Of a DNA stretch of 64,000 nucleotides, positions 24,565-37,988 are shown piece after piece; the first letter of the stretch is position 1; the number at the start of each line of letters is the position of its first letter. The notes beneath the pieces are model-generated. The model did no database searches, was not told the DNA's origin, and saw only the letters and a list, made by a program, of their open reading frames with translations. Source of the stretch: an uncultured Acidobacteriota bacterium. GTDB lineage: Bacteria; Acidobacteriota; Blastocatellia; RBC074. The DNA lies in assembly GCA_963796275.1 (NCBI GenBank), contig CAWCKY010000006.1, positions 1,536,001 to 1,600,000 on the forward strand, in the 5' to 3' direction. The translations under genes were made by a program, and so were the position numbers.

Positions 24565-25521
24565 TTACAATCCGCGGCTGACCAGCATCCTGACTTCAAC
24601 CCGCCTGTTCATTTTTCTTCCTTCGGCCGTATTATCATCCGCCACACTTCTGGTAGCTCCGTAACCTATCGGCGTGACGATTCGACGCATAGGGATATTG
24701 CCGTTAATCGCCAGATACTTAACAACCGTATCGGCACGGCGCTGGCTCAAGGCGAGATTCTTGTTCGGATCGCCGGTTGAATCGGCGAAACCGGCTACTT
24801 CAACCATATACCCTTTGGCGTTTAATGCTTGTTGCGAGAGGTCATCGAGCGCTTGCTTATCTTCAGCCGTGAGCGCGTAACTGTTGACCGCAAAATAGAC
24901 GGTCTTCTCAGCCTTCACGTCGAAGTTGTCCAGCCCCGATATCCGTTCGTTTGTAGCATCGATCCGCTTGTTCGCCGCCACCACTCCCTCATTAGCTTTC
25001 GCCGCATCGCTGCGCGCGTCTTTGGAGACGGCCTCAACTTCCGCGACCTGTCCCGAAAGCTTTTTGTTCGCATCCTCGACCGGACTGACGCGCGAGTCCA
25101 CAGTCATCGCAGTCTTCAAATCAGATTCATTGAAGCGAACCTTCTCCGCAACGAGCTGCCCTTTCTCGTTACCTTTGCCTTCAACCTCAACGACGAGGCC
25201 GCGCACGAGCGAGGTCACCGCGTATTCTTGCCCTCGGCGGAAGATTCCCAGCCCTTTTTTGTTCGTCTTCACGCTGGTCGTGTCAGTCAGAAGAACAACG
25301 GTTTTCCCTCCGGCCGTATCGCTAATGGTGATTGCATCTACGTCCCGCTCGCTAATTCGACCACTGATCTTCGTCTTCTCGCCCGCCGTTATAGTTTTCG
25401 ATTGCGCCGCTGCTGCCGCGTCGTTTAAAAGCGATGAGCCATTGGCCGCGATCATCGCTGCGGTAACTAAAAACAGAATCATAACTAAATGCCACGATCT
25501 TGCTTTTCTGTTGGTCATCAT
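24565..25521 (-). CDS. OmpA-family protein with an N-terminal DUF5666-like OB domain and a coiled coil
   Basis: VAGFADSTG, NLALSQRRA, GYG, NRRVEV; AAGGAGG RBS before ATG 25521. Confidence 0.9.
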   Translation of the reverse strand: MMTNRKARSWHLVMILFLVTAAMIAANGSSLLNDAAAAAQSKTITAGEKTKISGRISERDVDAITISDTAGGKTVVLLTDTTSVKTNKKGLGIFRRGQEYAVTSLVRGLVVEVEGKGNEKGQLVAEKVRFNESDLKTAMTVDSRVSPVEDANKKLSGQVAEVEAVSKDARSDAAKANEGVVAANKRIDATNERISGLDNFDVKAEKTVYFAVNSYALTAEDKQALDDLSQQALNAKGYMVEVAGFADSTGDPNKNLALSQRRADTVVKYLAINGNIPMRRIVTPIGYGATRSVADDNTAEGRKMNRRVEVRMLVSRGL

Positions 25522-25809
25522 AATATCTACCTCCTTATCCTTCAGAATTATATGGGTGGCCAAAAGTGCAGAACACTGTCAATATCGACAGTGTTCCCCC
25601 TGACAAAACTGACAGGAGGATAGAAACTATTTTTCATCAGGCATAGCAGGGAGATAAGAGCTAGATCATCAACCTCTGTAATCTCTTTCTATCATTTGCA
25701 CAGGACCGGATTCGAAACGGCATGGACTTGCTGTGAACTCATTGACGGACTTGACGTCCGAGCATAAGCTTACCGTGCGGTAAGTAAGCTATAAACCGAT
25801 GTGGTGGCG

Positions 25810-26580
25810 ATGACAGACTTCGTTAATCAGCATTCGATCGTCCGCTCTATTTGGGGGAATTCCGACCTGATCCTCCTGGTATTTGCCGGGGCGGCGGCGG
25901 AATTCGCGCTCAACCGCTCAGTCGATTGGTTGTTCTTCACCGGCCGTTTACCGCAAGACCCAATCGGCCGGCTGTTTTCGACGGCACGGTTCGCTCAAGA
26001 GATTGCCTTTGTGGACGAGGTTACTGCGATGCGGACGCTCGACCGCATTACGGCCATTCATCAGTCAGTGGAAGGGGACCGCGGCGCGCGCATACCGGAT
26101 TGGGCTTATCGCGATGTTCTCTATTTGCTGATCGATTATTCCGAGCGGGCGCACCGCCTGCTCTACCGCCCGCTGACGAGTCCTGAAAAGCACGACCTCT
26201 ACGACGTTTTCCATCGAATTGGCGATGGGCTGCATATTTCTGAACTGCCGTCTTCTTACGAGGAGTATCGCATCGACCGGAAACTTCACCTCGAACGCGA
26301 TCTGGAATATAGCCGTTACACTGCGCGTATGTACGAACAGTATCGGCTTAACCTCGGTTGGTGGCGCTACGAATTCCTTTTGCAGGTGCAGGCTGTGTTA
26401 GTGCCTGAACGGGTGCGCCAGTTGCTGAAGATGGAGCAGACGCCACTTCTCAGTGAGATCATCGGTTTGTATGGAAAATTGGGAGCGCTCGGTTTGAAAT
26501 CGATCGTTCAAACCTGTCTCCTGCCGGCCGGTTATCTGGGCGAGATCGGTCAATTCGATCGCCTTAAATCGGATTCTTAA
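25810..26580 (+). CDS. DUF2236 (MpaB / rubber oxygenase-like) protein
   Basis: SIVRSIWG, DPIGRLFST, ITAIHQSVE motif pattern. Confidence 0.75.
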   Translation: MTDFVNQHSIVRSIWGNSDLILLVFAGAAAEFALNRSVDWLFFTGRLPQDPIGRLFSTARFAQEIAFVDEVTAMRTLDRITAIHQSVEGDRGARIPDWAYRDVLYLLIDYSERAHRLLYRPLTSPEKHDLYDVFHRIGDGLHISELPSSYEEYRIDRKLHLERDLEYSRYTARMYEQYRLNLGWWRYEFLLQVQAVLVPERVRQLLKMEQTPLLSEIIGLYGKLGALGLKSIVQTCLLPAGYLGEIGQFDRLKSDS

Positions 26581-26794
26581 CCGTTGTCATTCACCATCTC
26601 TTTGCACGTAAGACGCAATTTTCTTCGCCGCGTAACGACAACGTGAATTAAGCCCCGGATATCAACCCCTTGTCGTTACCTGATAGCAGCCTGCATTCGC
26701 GGGCTGCTTTCGTGCAAAATTTGATGACAATATCTCAACCCACCGGGACGCATGAAATCCCGGCATCCGATGTGCCTCGAGAGGATATTTGAGT

Positions 26795-28183
26795 ATGAAA
26801 GCAGAGCCATCTGTAGTACCCGTCCCCGCTGAAAGCGAGCATCCTTATCCCGCACCGAATTATGCCTGGTATGTGGTCGGCGTGCTTACGCTGTTCTATA
26901 TCTTTTCATTCATCGACCGGCAGATTCTCAACTTGATGGTGGGACCCATACGCCGCGATCTGGGAATCAGCGATACTCAGATAAGTCTGTTGATGGGGTT
27001 CGGTTTTGCGGTCTTCTATGCTTTATTCGGGATCCCCCTCGGCCGCCTCGCCGATAGCCGCAGCCGCCGTACGATCATTGCGGTCGGATTCGTTTTCTGG
27101 AGCCTGATGACGGCCGGATGCGGGCTCGCGCGTAACTTCTGGCAGATGCTGCTCCTGCGTATGGGCGTGGGGGTGGGAGAAGCGGCGCTCTCACCCTCTG
27201 CTTACTCGATCCTCTCCGACTACTTTCCCAGAGAGCGCAGGGCGACGGCCATCAGCGTCTACTCGATGGGAATCTATATCGGTTCGGGGCTGGCCTTCCT
27301 GCTGGGAGGGTTGGTAATCGCTTATGCATCGACACAAGATGTCTGGCGTCTTCCGGTCGTAGGTGAGACGCGGCCCTGGCAGGTGATCTTCTTCATCGTC
27401 GGGCTGCCCGGCGTGTTGTTGGCACTGCTGGCGTATACGGTGCGCGAACCAATGAGGCGCGGATTGCGAATGGTGAGATCAAATGACGGCATGCTGATAT
27501 CGACCCAGGTTCCGCTCGGCGAGGTATACGCCTATATTCTCAAGAACTGGCAGACCTTCGTTTGCCATACGGTTGGCTTCGCTTTGCTCTCGTTTTCATC
27601 CTATGGGACTTCAGCGTGGGTCCCGACGATGTTCGTACGCAACCATGGCTGGAGCGCATCGCGGGCGGGGATTGTATACGGTGCAATAGTCATGGTATTC
27701 GCCACTCTGGGTGTGGTTGCCGGCGGCTGGGTGGCCGACAAAATGGTCGCGCGCGGCCGCCGCGATGCAACGATGCGCATCGGATTGATCGTCGCCGTCG
27801 CATGGTTCCCCTTCGGGCTGCTATATCCCATCGTCGCCGACGCGAGCCTTGCCGCAGCGCTCCTGGTGCCTTCTGTGTTTCTGGCCAGCGCGCCGTTCGG
27901 CGTAGCCCCCGCGGCAATCCAACAAATCATGCCCAACGAGATGCGGGGGCAGGCATCGGCGATCTATCTCTTCGTCGTCAACCTCATCGGCCTCGGGGTG
28001 GGACCAACCGCAGTTGCAATGACTACGGACTATGTCTTTCGCGACGACAATGCGGTCAATTATTCGCTGCTCATAGTGTGCTCGATCGCGCACGTCGTTT
28101 CAGCCCTTCTTCTGTGGGCCGGGCTGAAGCCATTTGTGCAAAGCCTGGATAGACTGAAACAGTGGATAGCCGACCCGATTTGA
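26795..28183 (+). CDS. MFS transporter, spinster-like
   Basis: SFIDRQIL, GRLADSRSRR, RMGVGVGEA; about 12 TM segments. Confidence 0.9.
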   Translation: MKAEPSVVPVPAESEHPYPAPNYAWYVVGVLTLFYIFSFIDRQILNLMVGPIRRDLGISDTQISLLMGFGFAVFYALFGIPLGRLADSRSRRTIIAVGFVFWSLMTAGCGLARNFWQMLLLRMGVGVGEAALSPSAYSILSDYFPRERRATAISVYSMGIYIGSGLAFLLGGLVIAYASTQDVWRLPVVGETRPWQVIFFIVGLPGVLLALLAYTVREPMRRGLRMVRSNDGMLISTQVPLGEVYAYILKNWQTFVCHTVGFALLSFSSYGTSAWVPTMFVRNHGWSASRAGIVYGAIVMVFATLGVVAGGWVADKMVARGRRDATMRIGLIVAVAWFPFGLLYPIVADASLAAALLVPSVFLASAPFGVAPAAIQQIMPNEMRGQASAIYLFVVNLIGLGVGPTAVAMTTDYVFRDDNAVNYSLLIVCSIAHVVSALLLWAGLKPFVQSLDRLKQWIADPI

Positions 28184-28249
28184 TCGGAGGATCGACAAAC
28201 ATAGAACAGAAAGAGGCTCTCCAGCTGTTTACGATAAGTTTTATGGCGA

Positions 28250-30355
28250 TTAATCGCGACCCTGATAGGTCAAGACTTTCTTCGACGATACGTGTTTGAG
28301 CAACTCATCTTTTTTAAGAAAGTAACTCGATTTCATTTTGCTCTTGCTGAACAACTTCTCAGCCTGATCATCCCAGTGACCGGACTCCTTCAGATCGCTT
28401 TCGCCCAGCGGCAGGATCGTGAATGACTGCGGCGTTTTGGACATGACGACGACTTGAGTCGAGGTTTGCCCGCCGCGACCGACCATCTCGTTGCCGACCT
28501 TGCGAAAACTGATCGCCCTCGGGGTCGCCATCCCGGCTTCCTGCAGCGTTCCGCCGCCCACCGGATATGTCTTTCCGCCCTCACGGCCGGCGCGGAAATA
28601 TCTGCCATATGGCGCTTCGATCGTGCCGAAATTTGTCTTGAGCCACTCGATCCCTTTGTTGAAGGCCTTGATTATCTCTTCGTCTTTCATCGATTCCGGC
28701 GGAAAGACGGACCGGGCGAGCAGCTGATTGTCGAATCCCGTCTTAAAGGCGTAATACGCCAGCGCTCCCTTCGAATCAGCATCACTGCGGCGATTCCATT
28801 TTTGAATCAGGTCGTATACTTTTCCGCCATCCTCGGTCTTCGCGCCGTTCTTCTCCCAGGCTGATTTCAAGCGCTCCTGCCAGAGCTCGGCTTTGTAAAC
28901 TTCTGGGTTATATGCCAGGTCGATGGCCTGATCGATCGTCACCTTCTTAGCCTCGTCCAGTTGTTCGAGAGTCATGGCAGCGCGCTGGTGAGGCTGAACC
29001 TTTAGATAGTTATAGATATATGGGATCGCCGCATACTTCTCCCGCTGCAGAGGGCTATCTTTCATCATGGCATCCGGAGAGCAGTTGTTGTTCTGCATAT
29101 AACCCTGAGGCGGATTGGTGATCTGCACGAGGTCCGTGAACTGATGCAGGCCCTTCCATTCGCAGGCGGAGTTATTACCCGGCAAAGGCTTACTCGAATC
29201 GCAGCCCTTGCCGCGGATCGGAACCCGGCCATTGCGGACGTAATAGATGTCTCCCTGCACCGTGCCGACCATAATGTTTTGCGCCATCAGTTGTAGAGTG
29301 CTCAGCGCCTTCTTCATCTCTTCGAGGTTCTGCGCCTGATACATCTGGTATATCTGATCGCTGAGCCCCACCTCTTCGGAGTAGGGAATAGCCATCGCAT
29401 AGGCTTTATCACCGCGACGCGCGACGATCGGACCGTGGCGAGTGTAATCTATCGTAACTTCCCTTACCTTGAGCTCTTCCCCGTCCCTGACCTTGATCTG
29501 CTCTTTACGCTGCGTCATCTCGCGCCATTGGCCGTCGTATTTATATTGGGCCGGGCTGGCGGGATTTATCTCTTCCTCGAATATGTCGGACGTATCCGGA
29601 CCTCCTGTCGTCATAGCTACCGAGCACCAGCGGCTGTGGCCGAGGGACGGGAAGGGTATACCCAGGATGCTTACGCCCGAGGCGGCGAAATCGCCGGCAT
29701 AGATCCTCACTTCATAAAATCGAAACTCGCCGTACCAGCTCAGATGCGGGTCGATGACCGCAATCGGAGCATTCATCGCGGTTTTGGAGGGCGAGAGGAG
29801 CATCTGATTAGATCCGCGATAAGCGACCGGATCGGGTTTAATTCCCGCACGCTCGAGGTCATCATTCGCCTCGCCCAACGGCCAACCCCAGATAATGTAG
29901 CGACCGAGCGCGACGACCTGTGAGGGATGAAGCTCCGGCGCCCACTTCGGGACGCGTTCGGGATGCTCTTTCATAAATTGTTTGATGCCTTCCTGGTACG
30001 CTTCAAAGCAAGCCCGCATTTTGGGTGAGACCTGGCTATATTTTTCGCGCGAAATCGCCGCGTGCCTCCAGACGCGCTGCCGATAATCGTGTTGGAAAAA
30101 CTCGGGGCCGAATGCCTCCGACATCGTGCCTTCGGCTTTGCGGTAATTTTTCAGTAATTCCTCCAGCCGGTCCTCGGCCTGCGCATAACCGACCGCATAC
30201 GACGCTGCTTCGAGCGTCGGCGCGAAGATATGCGGCACGCCGAATTCATCGCGCAGTATTTCCGTCTCTTTGGCGATGGCCGAGCTTTTGTTAATGGGTT
30301 GGGTGCAAATGAAGATGAACAACACGAGTGAAAGTAATTTATATGCTTTAGTCAT
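28250..30355 (-). CDS. Penicillin acylase family (Ntn-hydrolase, peptidase S45)
   Basis: [18 protein letters not shown], beta-chain start GSNQ, DPHL; signal peptide. Confidence 0.9.
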   Translation of the reverse strand: MTKAYKLLSLVLFIFICTQPINKSSAIAKETEILRDEFGVPHIFAPTLEAASYAVGYAQAEDRLEELLKNYRKAEGTMSEAFGPEFFQHDYRQRVWRHAAISREKYSQVSPKMRACFEAYQEGIKQFMKEHPERVPKWAPELHPSQVVALGRYIIWGWPLGEANDDLERAGIKPDPVAYRGSNQMLLSPSKTAMNAPIAVIDPHLSWYGEFRFYEVRIYAGDFAASGVSILGIPFPSLGHSRWCSVAMTTGGPDTSDIFEEEINPASPAQYKYDGQWREMTQRKEQIKVRDGEELKVREVTIDYTRHGPIVARRGDKAYAMAIPYSEEVGLSDQIYQMYQAQNLEEMKKALSTLQLMAQNIMVGTVQGDIYYVRNGRVPIRGKGCDSSKPLPGNNSACEWKGLHQFTDLVQITNPPQGYMQNNNCSPDAMMKDSPLQREKYAAIPYIYNYLKVQPHQRAAMTLEQLDEAKKVTIDQAIDLAYNPEVYKAELWQERLKSAWEKNGAKTEDGGKVYDLIQKWNRRSDADSKGALAYYAFKTGFDNQLLARSVFPPESMKDEEIIKAFNKGIEWLKTNFGTIEAPYGRYFRAGREGGKTYPVGGGTLQEAGMATPRAISFRKVGNEMVGRGGQTSTQVVVMSKTPQSFTILPLGESDLKESGHWDDQAEKLFSKSKMKSSYFLKKDELLKHVSSKKVLTYQGRD

Positions 30356-30429
30356 AAAGGACTCCACAGGAAATGGTAGTCGGATGTCGGTCCATAGAAC
30401 TGAAACCGCCTTGGAATCGACAATGGCAA

Positions 30430-31638
30430 TTATTGATTACCGACAACCGGCCTCTCGACACCAGGTTTGGCCGCGGTAACGATCGTCGTTGCGATAAATA
30501 CTGCTATTGTAAAGAAAATCCCGCAGACCCAGGCCAACCAGGTGGGATGCAGTGCGATGATCCAACCGCCGAGTACGGGCGCGATGACCCGCGTAAAACT
30601 CTCGATCGATGTCATGGCCCCGAGCGCGCCGCCGCGACGATTCGCGGGCGTTGATTGAGTGACGAGGCTCGTTAAGGAAGGGCGCGATATCCCATGACCG
30701 AAAGAGAACAGGATGGCGACGAATCCGAGCTTCCACCAGACATTCACCGCCACCATGTAATACAGGCCGCACGCGCTGGCCAGGAGCCCGATCAAGAGCG
30801 CCTTGTAATCGCCGAACTGTTTTACGAACGGCCCGATCACCGCGCCCTGCCACACTATCCCCATAAAACCGACAAAACCCAGAAAATAACCTGCGTGTTC
30901 CGCGGTGAATTGAAGCTGCTGCTTCGCGTAAAGGGAGAACATCGTGACATAGATCGCAAACGGCATGGTCATAAAGAAGAAGACCATCAACAGCCGGCGA
31001 AGCTCGGGAATCTCCAGGTAATCGAAGACTCGCGTGTAGATCGCCATTCCCGACGGCCTCGTCTCATCGCGCTGGTGTTGCGTCTCGGGCAGGAGGAACA
31101 CGGTCGCCATTATGCTCGCAAATGAGATCGCCGCGGCAGCATAGGCCGGCACGTCATACCCGAAGCGAGAGAGGAAACCGCCGAGCGTCGGCCCGATCAA
31201 AAAACCGAGGCCGAACGAGACGCCGATGATCATCCCGAAGTTTCTGGCTCGTTCTTCCGGCTTCGTTATGTCACTGATATAAGCCTGCGCCACCGTCAGG
31301 TTGCCGCCTGACAACCCGTCAATGATCCTCGCCGCAAAAAGCCAGAGGAGCGGATTGGTAAGCTGAAGCGCCCACCCCATCAGGATGAACCCCAGACACG
31401 ACCCGATCTGGCTGTATAGCAGTATCGGCCTCCGCCCGTATCTGTCGCTCAAATGGCCCAGGATCGGAGCGGAAAAGAACTGAAAAAACGAATATGTAGC
31501 AATGAGAATTCCGATCGTCAGCTCAGAAGCGCCGAATGTCGATGCGTAATAGGGTAAAAGGGGGAGAATGATACTGAAACCTAGAAGATCGACGAAAACT
31601 ACGATAAAAATCGGAATAAGACGTTTATTACTCTCCAT
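30430..31638 (-). CDS. MFS transporter, TetA/DHA1-like
   Basis: [45 protein letters not shown]. Confidence 0.9.
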   Translation of the reverse strand: MESNKRLIPIFIVVFVDLLGFSIILPLLPYYASTFGASELTIGILIATYSFFQFFSAPILGHLSDRYGRRPILLYSQIGSCLGFILMGWALQLTNPLLWLFAARIIDGLSGGNLTVAQAYISDITKPEERARNFGMIIGVSFGLGFLIGPTLGGFLSRFGYDVPAYAAAAISFASIMATVFLLPETQHQRDETRPSGMAIYTRVFDYLEIPELRRLLMVFFFMTMPFAIYVTMFSLYAKQQLQFTAEHAGYFLGFVGFMGIVWQGAVIGPFVKQFGDYKALLIGLLASACGLYYMVAVNVWWKLGFVAILFSFGHGISRPSLTSLVTQSTPANRRGGALGAMTSIESFTRVIAPVLGGWIIALHPTWLAWVCGIFFTIAVFIATTIVTAAKPGVERPVVGNQ

Positions 31639-31900
31639 TTGATCTCGATAAAAATAGGGATTGTGAAAAGATTGAGATGGCAGTCTAAATCAAAAGCGGT
31701 GAGATTGAAAAGTGTTGTGAATTTAGTACCGCTCCTGTGCGCCAAGCTAAAGATTTAGCTGGCTCCTAAGCACCAATGGCGCGCGAATATAAGCGATACT
31801 GCGGACGAAATAAACAATTCGCCTGAGTTTGGAGTTCCGCGTTTACGCGGTCTTTCCTTTCCGAATGCGATTTTCTAGGGGGCTACGCTTCGATTCACCC

Positions 31901-32151
31901 TGCGAGCGCGACGGAGAACAATTTGAACTCTCGGCCAAGGAGTTCCAATTACTTCGCTACCTCATCGAACATCGCGGAGCGACGCTCTCGCGCGATGAAT
32001 TGTTGAATGAAGTCTGGGGTTACACGCAATGCCCGCCACACGAACGGTCGACGTCCACGTCGCCTGGCTGCGGCAGAAACTGGAGCCGAACCCCCGCCAC
32101 CCCCAATACATCCTGACCGTCCATGGCATGGGATATAAATTTATCGGTTAA
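31901..32151 (+). pseudogene. Orphan OmpR/PhoB winged-helix DNA-binding domain fragment (no receiver domain; -1 frameshift at ~32023)
   Basis: [33 protein letters not shown], then in another frame [35 protein letters not shown]. Confidence 0.8.
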
Positions 32152-32167
32152 AGCTCGCCAATTCATT

Positions 32168-32241
32168 GCGGATAAACAGGGATGCGACGGATATTTACGG
32201 AATTTTATCCGTCATAACCCGTCGCACCCCAGCAAATCCGC
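32168..32241. repeat. REP-like imperfect inverted repeat (GCGGAT...ATCCGC family)
   Basis: GCGGAT..GGGATGCGACGG..ACGGA / TCCGT..CCGTCGCACCCC..ATCCGC. Confidence 0.6.
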
Positions 32242-32262
32242 GGATGAGCAGAAAACTCCGGC

Positions 32263-32541
32263 TCATGCCGCCACACAAACGTTCTCGTCATTCACCGGCA
32301 GATTAAGGAGCTGATCGTTATCGCAATTAGAATTGATGTAACACAGGATGTCATCGTGGGTTTTTATCTTGCCATCCTGGTAGGTTTCTAAGAATTGATT
32401 GATAGTTTCCGTCGCGCTCGCTTCATCCTTATGTGTGCCCAGACAGATCGTATTGCTTCTGTCCAGACTCACGCAGGTGCGATATAGACCGGAGGTGTAC
32501 TGCCTGACAACGCAGGCTATGAGCTCTTTACGGGGCTCCAT
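32263..32541 (-). CDS. Small hypothetical protein (92 aa)
   Basis: AAAGGAAGG RBS before ATG 32541; ordinary globular composition; fills an otherwise empty gap. Confidence 0.6.
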   Translation of the reverse strand: MEPRKELIACVVRQYTSGLYRTCVSLDRSNTICLGTHKDEASATETINQFLETYQDGKIKTHDDILCYINSNCDNDQLLNLPVNDENVCVAA

Positions 32542-32956
32542 AGGATAAACCTTCCTTTCGTTGGCTGATAACTGGTTGAACCAAAAAGACACAGATCCCC
32601 GCATCAGCTGTTTACGTGGATCTTGTCAGTGACTCTACTAAAGTTGGATAGTCGCGATATGCATCACGCTCTTCGTACCCAAGAGGTTTCAAAAAATTGT
32701 TACGCGTCGGTAGGTTGAGCAAAAGATTACCGGTGGCCCGGCAGGCGATCGTTCCCGTAAGAATCGGATCGGTTAACGTTCCACGAGGCTGTTTAACAGG
32801 TAGAGCAGTTACAACGTTTCAATCTTTTCCATTTTGATTTAGCATACCCTTGACGTGTCACTAACATGGCACGCCGGCGTTCCCGGTCACGAACGCTGCC
32901 AACCTTAAATTTAAACTCAGAGAATATGAGTCCGTCTCTTGAAAGGAGATATGTCC

Positions 32957-35062
<2,106 letters not shown>

Positions 35063-35093
35063 CGAATAACATAGATATTTAGACGCAATTCAG

Positions 35094-35182
35094 GGGATTT
35101 AGATAGGATTGGCAGGGGCTTTCAGGGATTACCTCAATTCCAGTATAACCCTGAAAAATCCTGCCAATCCTGTCTAAATCCC
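35094..35182. repeat. REP-like 23-bp inverted repeat (GGATTTAGATAGGATT family)
   Basis: Arms at 35094-35116 and 35160-35182, one mismatch. Confidence 0.75.
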
Positions 35183-35240
35183 GTGAAATCATGTCTAATT
35201 CACAGTGCTCCATTCTGAAAATACTATATAATTCGCATGC

Positions 35241-37436
35241 ATGATCCGCTTTGAAGATGTAGAAAGAAAGGTGGAACGGTATCATCCTGACTCCGATTTA
35301 GATCTGCTTCGCCGCGCTTACATATATTCGGCCAAGGAGCACAAAGACCAGGTGCGTGCTTCTGGGGAGCCATATCTGATCCACCCGCTTACTGTTGCAG
35401 AGATCCTCGCTGATCTGAAACTCGACGTGGAAACGGTCAGTACCGGACTCCTGCACGATGTTGTCGAGGACACGCTGGTGACGCTCGACGAGATAAAGGC
35501 GACTTTTGGCGAGAGGGTCGCTCATCTGGTCGATGGTGTGACCAAGATCAGCAACCTCGGCAAGAAGATGTCGCGTGAGGAGGTGGAGGCCGAGAGTCTG
35601 CGAAAAATGGTGCTGGCGATGGTGGACGACATCAGGATCGTCCTCGTCAAACTGGCGGACCGGCTCCACAACATGCGTACCCTGCAATACCTCAGGCCGG
35701 AGAAACGCCGCCGGATTGCGCAGGAAACTCTCGAGGTCTATGCGCCGATCGCTCATCGCCTCGGGATGAGCAAGATCCGCGCCGAACTGGAAGACCTCGC
35801 GTTCCAATATCTGGATCCGGAAAGTTACAACCGGCTGAAAGAGGAAGTCGAGAAACGCCGCGCCGCGACCGAAGCTTTCCTCGAGGAAGTGAGGACACAG
35901 ATCACCGACCGTATGACCGATGAAGGAGTGCCGTTCATGCGGATCGAAGGGCGGATCAAACGCTTATACAGTATTCATCTCAAACTCAAGCGGCAGAAGA
36001 TACCGGTCGATAAGGTATATGACCTGGCTGCGGTGCGGATCATCACGCGGGATTTGCGCGACTGTTATTACGCGCTCGGGGTGATGCACAAATATTGGAG
36101 GCCGTTTCAGGACCGGATCAAAGACTTCATCGCCAACCCGCGGGAGAACGGTTATCAATCGCTGCACACCTCGGTGATCGGCGATGAGGGGCATCACTTC
36201 GAAGTGCAGATCCGCACGGAGGAGATGCATCGCATTGCCGAAGAGGGGATTGCGGCGCACTGGAAGTACAAGGAAGGCGTCGGCGGGGATACGCACGAAG
36301 ATGAGATGATGAAATGGCTGCGCCGCCTGGTCGAAGGGCAACAGGACACGACCGATGCGCGCGATTTCATCGATTCATTCAAACTCGATCTCTACCCGAA
36401 AGAGGTCTATGCGTTCAGCCCCAAGGGCCGGGTGATCCAACTGCAGCGCAATGCGACTCCGGTCGATTTCGCTTACGCTATCCACTCTGAAGTTGGCGAT
36501 CAGTGTACGGGGGCGAAGGTCAACGGCCGCATAGTCCCGCTCAAGTATCAGATTCAGAATGGCGATGTGATCGAAGTCATCACCACTCCCGGTCATAAGC
36601 CCAGCCGCGATTGGCTCAACTTCGCCGTCACATCGCGGGCCCGGACCAAGATCAAGCACTGGATCGCCGAAAAGCAGCGATCTGAATCGATCGAGGTGGG
36701 GCGTAAGATATTCGAGAAAGAAGCCGCGCGTCTGCAGCTCAAGACGAAGCGCGTCCTGGAAGACCCGCAGATCGCACGGTTTCTCAGCGACAACGGCTAC
36801 CCGAAGATAGAAGATATGTTTGCTGCGATCGGGTATGGGAAGCTGACCGCGCGCTCGGTTCTGGTCCGGTTAGTCCCGGAAGATGAATTGGCTCAGATAG
36901 ATCAGGGCGGGACTTCGCGTCTGCAGCAGATGACGAAGGTGGTCAAGCGTGCGCTGCGCCTGGGGGATGACCGGATCGCGATCAAGGGCGTCGATGACGT
37001 CATGGTTTATCGCGCGCCGTGCTGCAATCCGATCCGCGGTGAGGAGATCACCGGATACATCACAAGGGGGAAAGGCGTCGCGGTGCATACCAAACGATGC
37101 AAGAATGTGGCGAATCTGCTCGTCAATCGCGAACGCATCATTGAAGTGACATGGATCGGCGAAAGCGGCAGCGAGCCCTATGCCGTGAAGCTCTCTGTCA
37201 TCACCGAGGATCGGCAGGGACAGCTCGCAGCTCTGACGAACGCCATCGCGAATATCAAAACCAATATCCGCGACGCTCGCACCGATGACAACAGTTACAC
37301 CGATGGCGTGCGAAGAATAGACCTCACCGTCGATATTACGGATTTGAAGCATCTGGAACGCGTGGCGAGCGCAATCAAAGGCGTCGAGGGTGTGATTGAA
37401 GTCGAGCGTCTCATCGCATATCCACAAGGAAATTGA
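35241..37436 (+). CDS. rel: Bifunctional (p)ppGpp synthetase/hydrolase (long RSH)
   Basis: RASGEPYLIHP, LLHDVVEDT (intact HD), KLADRLHNMRT, YQSLHT, EVQIRT, TGS and ACT domains. Confidence 0.95.
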   Translation: MIRFEDVERKVERYHPDSDLDLLRRAYIYSAKEHKDQVRASGEPYLIHPLTVAEILADLKLDVETVSTGLLHDVVEDTLVTLDEIKATFGERVAHLVDGVTKISNLGKKMSREEVEAESLRKMVLAMVDDIRIVLVKLADRLHNMRTLQYLRPEKRRRIAQETLEVYAPIAHRLGMSKIRAELEDLAFQYLDPESYNRLKEEVEKRRAATEAFLEEVRTQITDRMTDEGVPFMRIEGRIKRLYSIHLKLKRQKIPVDKVYDLAAVRIITRDLRDCYYALGVMHKYWRPFQDRIKDFIANPRENGYQSLHTSVIGDEGHHFEVQIRTEEMHRIAEEGIAAHWKYKEGVGGDTHEDEMMKWLRRLVEGQQDTTDARDFIDSFKLDLYPKEVYAFSPKGRVIQLQRNATPVDFAYAIHSEVGDQCTGAKVNGRIVPLKYQIQNGDVIEVITTPGHKPSRDWLNFAVTSRARTKIKHWIAEKQRSESIEVGRKIFEKEAARLQLKTKRVLEDPQIARFLSDNGYPKIEDMFAAIGYGKLTARSVLVRLVPEDELAQIDQGGTSRLQQMTKVVKRALRLGDDRIAIKGVDDVMVYRAPCCNPIRGEEITGYITRGKGVAVHTKRCKNVANLLVNRERIIEVTWIGESGSEPYAVKLSVITEDRQGQLAALTNAIANIKTNIRDARTDDNSYTDGVRRIDLTVDITDLKHLERVASAIKGVEGVIEVERLIAYPQGN

Positions 37437-37452
37437 ACGAGGAAAACCAGAA

Positions 37453-37830
37453 ATGATAGAAAGCATACGGACTGACCGGGCGCCGCAGGCCATCGGTCCC
37501 TATTCACAGGCCGTCAAGGCCAACGGGATGATCTTTGCTTCGGGGCAGATACCGCTCGATCCGGAGACGATGCAGATCATCGATGGGGATATCCGAGCAC
37601 AGACCGAACGGGTGTTGGCCAACATCAGGGCTGTTCTGGAAGCGGCCGGCACCTCGCCCGACCGCGTAGTCAAGACAACGGTCTATCTGCTCGATATGAA
37701 CGATTTCGCTGCCATGAATGACGTTTATTCGGCATTTTTCGCCTCCAATCGTCCGGCTCGCTCGACGGTGCAGGCCGCTCGTCTGCCTCGGGACGCTCGC
37801 GTCGAAATAGATGTCATCGCACTTGCGTGA
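37453..37830 (+). CDS. ridA: RidA family enamine/imine deaminase
   Basis: APQAIGPYSQA, SGQIP, VVKTTVYL, PARST, LPRDARVEID. Confidence 0.92.
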   Translation: MIESIRTDRAPQAIGPYSQAVKANGMIFASGQIPLDPETMQIIDGDIRAQTERVLANIRAVLEAAGTSPDRVVKTTVYLLDMNDFAAMNDVYSAFFASNRPARSTVQAARLPRDARVEIDVIALA

Positions 37831-37867
37831 GGACGAGGTTTAAAATATTGTGCCTTGGTTTTTACAG

Positions 37868-37958
37868 GATTCACCACAAAATTCACAGAATTTCACCAAA
37901 GGAAAAATGCTCTCTTCTGTGTCGATGGTCGGTTCGTCTGTGAATTTTGTGGTGAATC
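37868..37958. repeat. REP-like perfect 22-bp inverted repeat (CACCACAAAA family)
   Basis: GATTCACCACAAAATTCACAGA / TCTGTGAATTTTGTGGTGAATC. Confidence 0.85.
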
Positions 37959-37988
37959 TCTCAAATTTCGATAAGGAGCTAATACACA

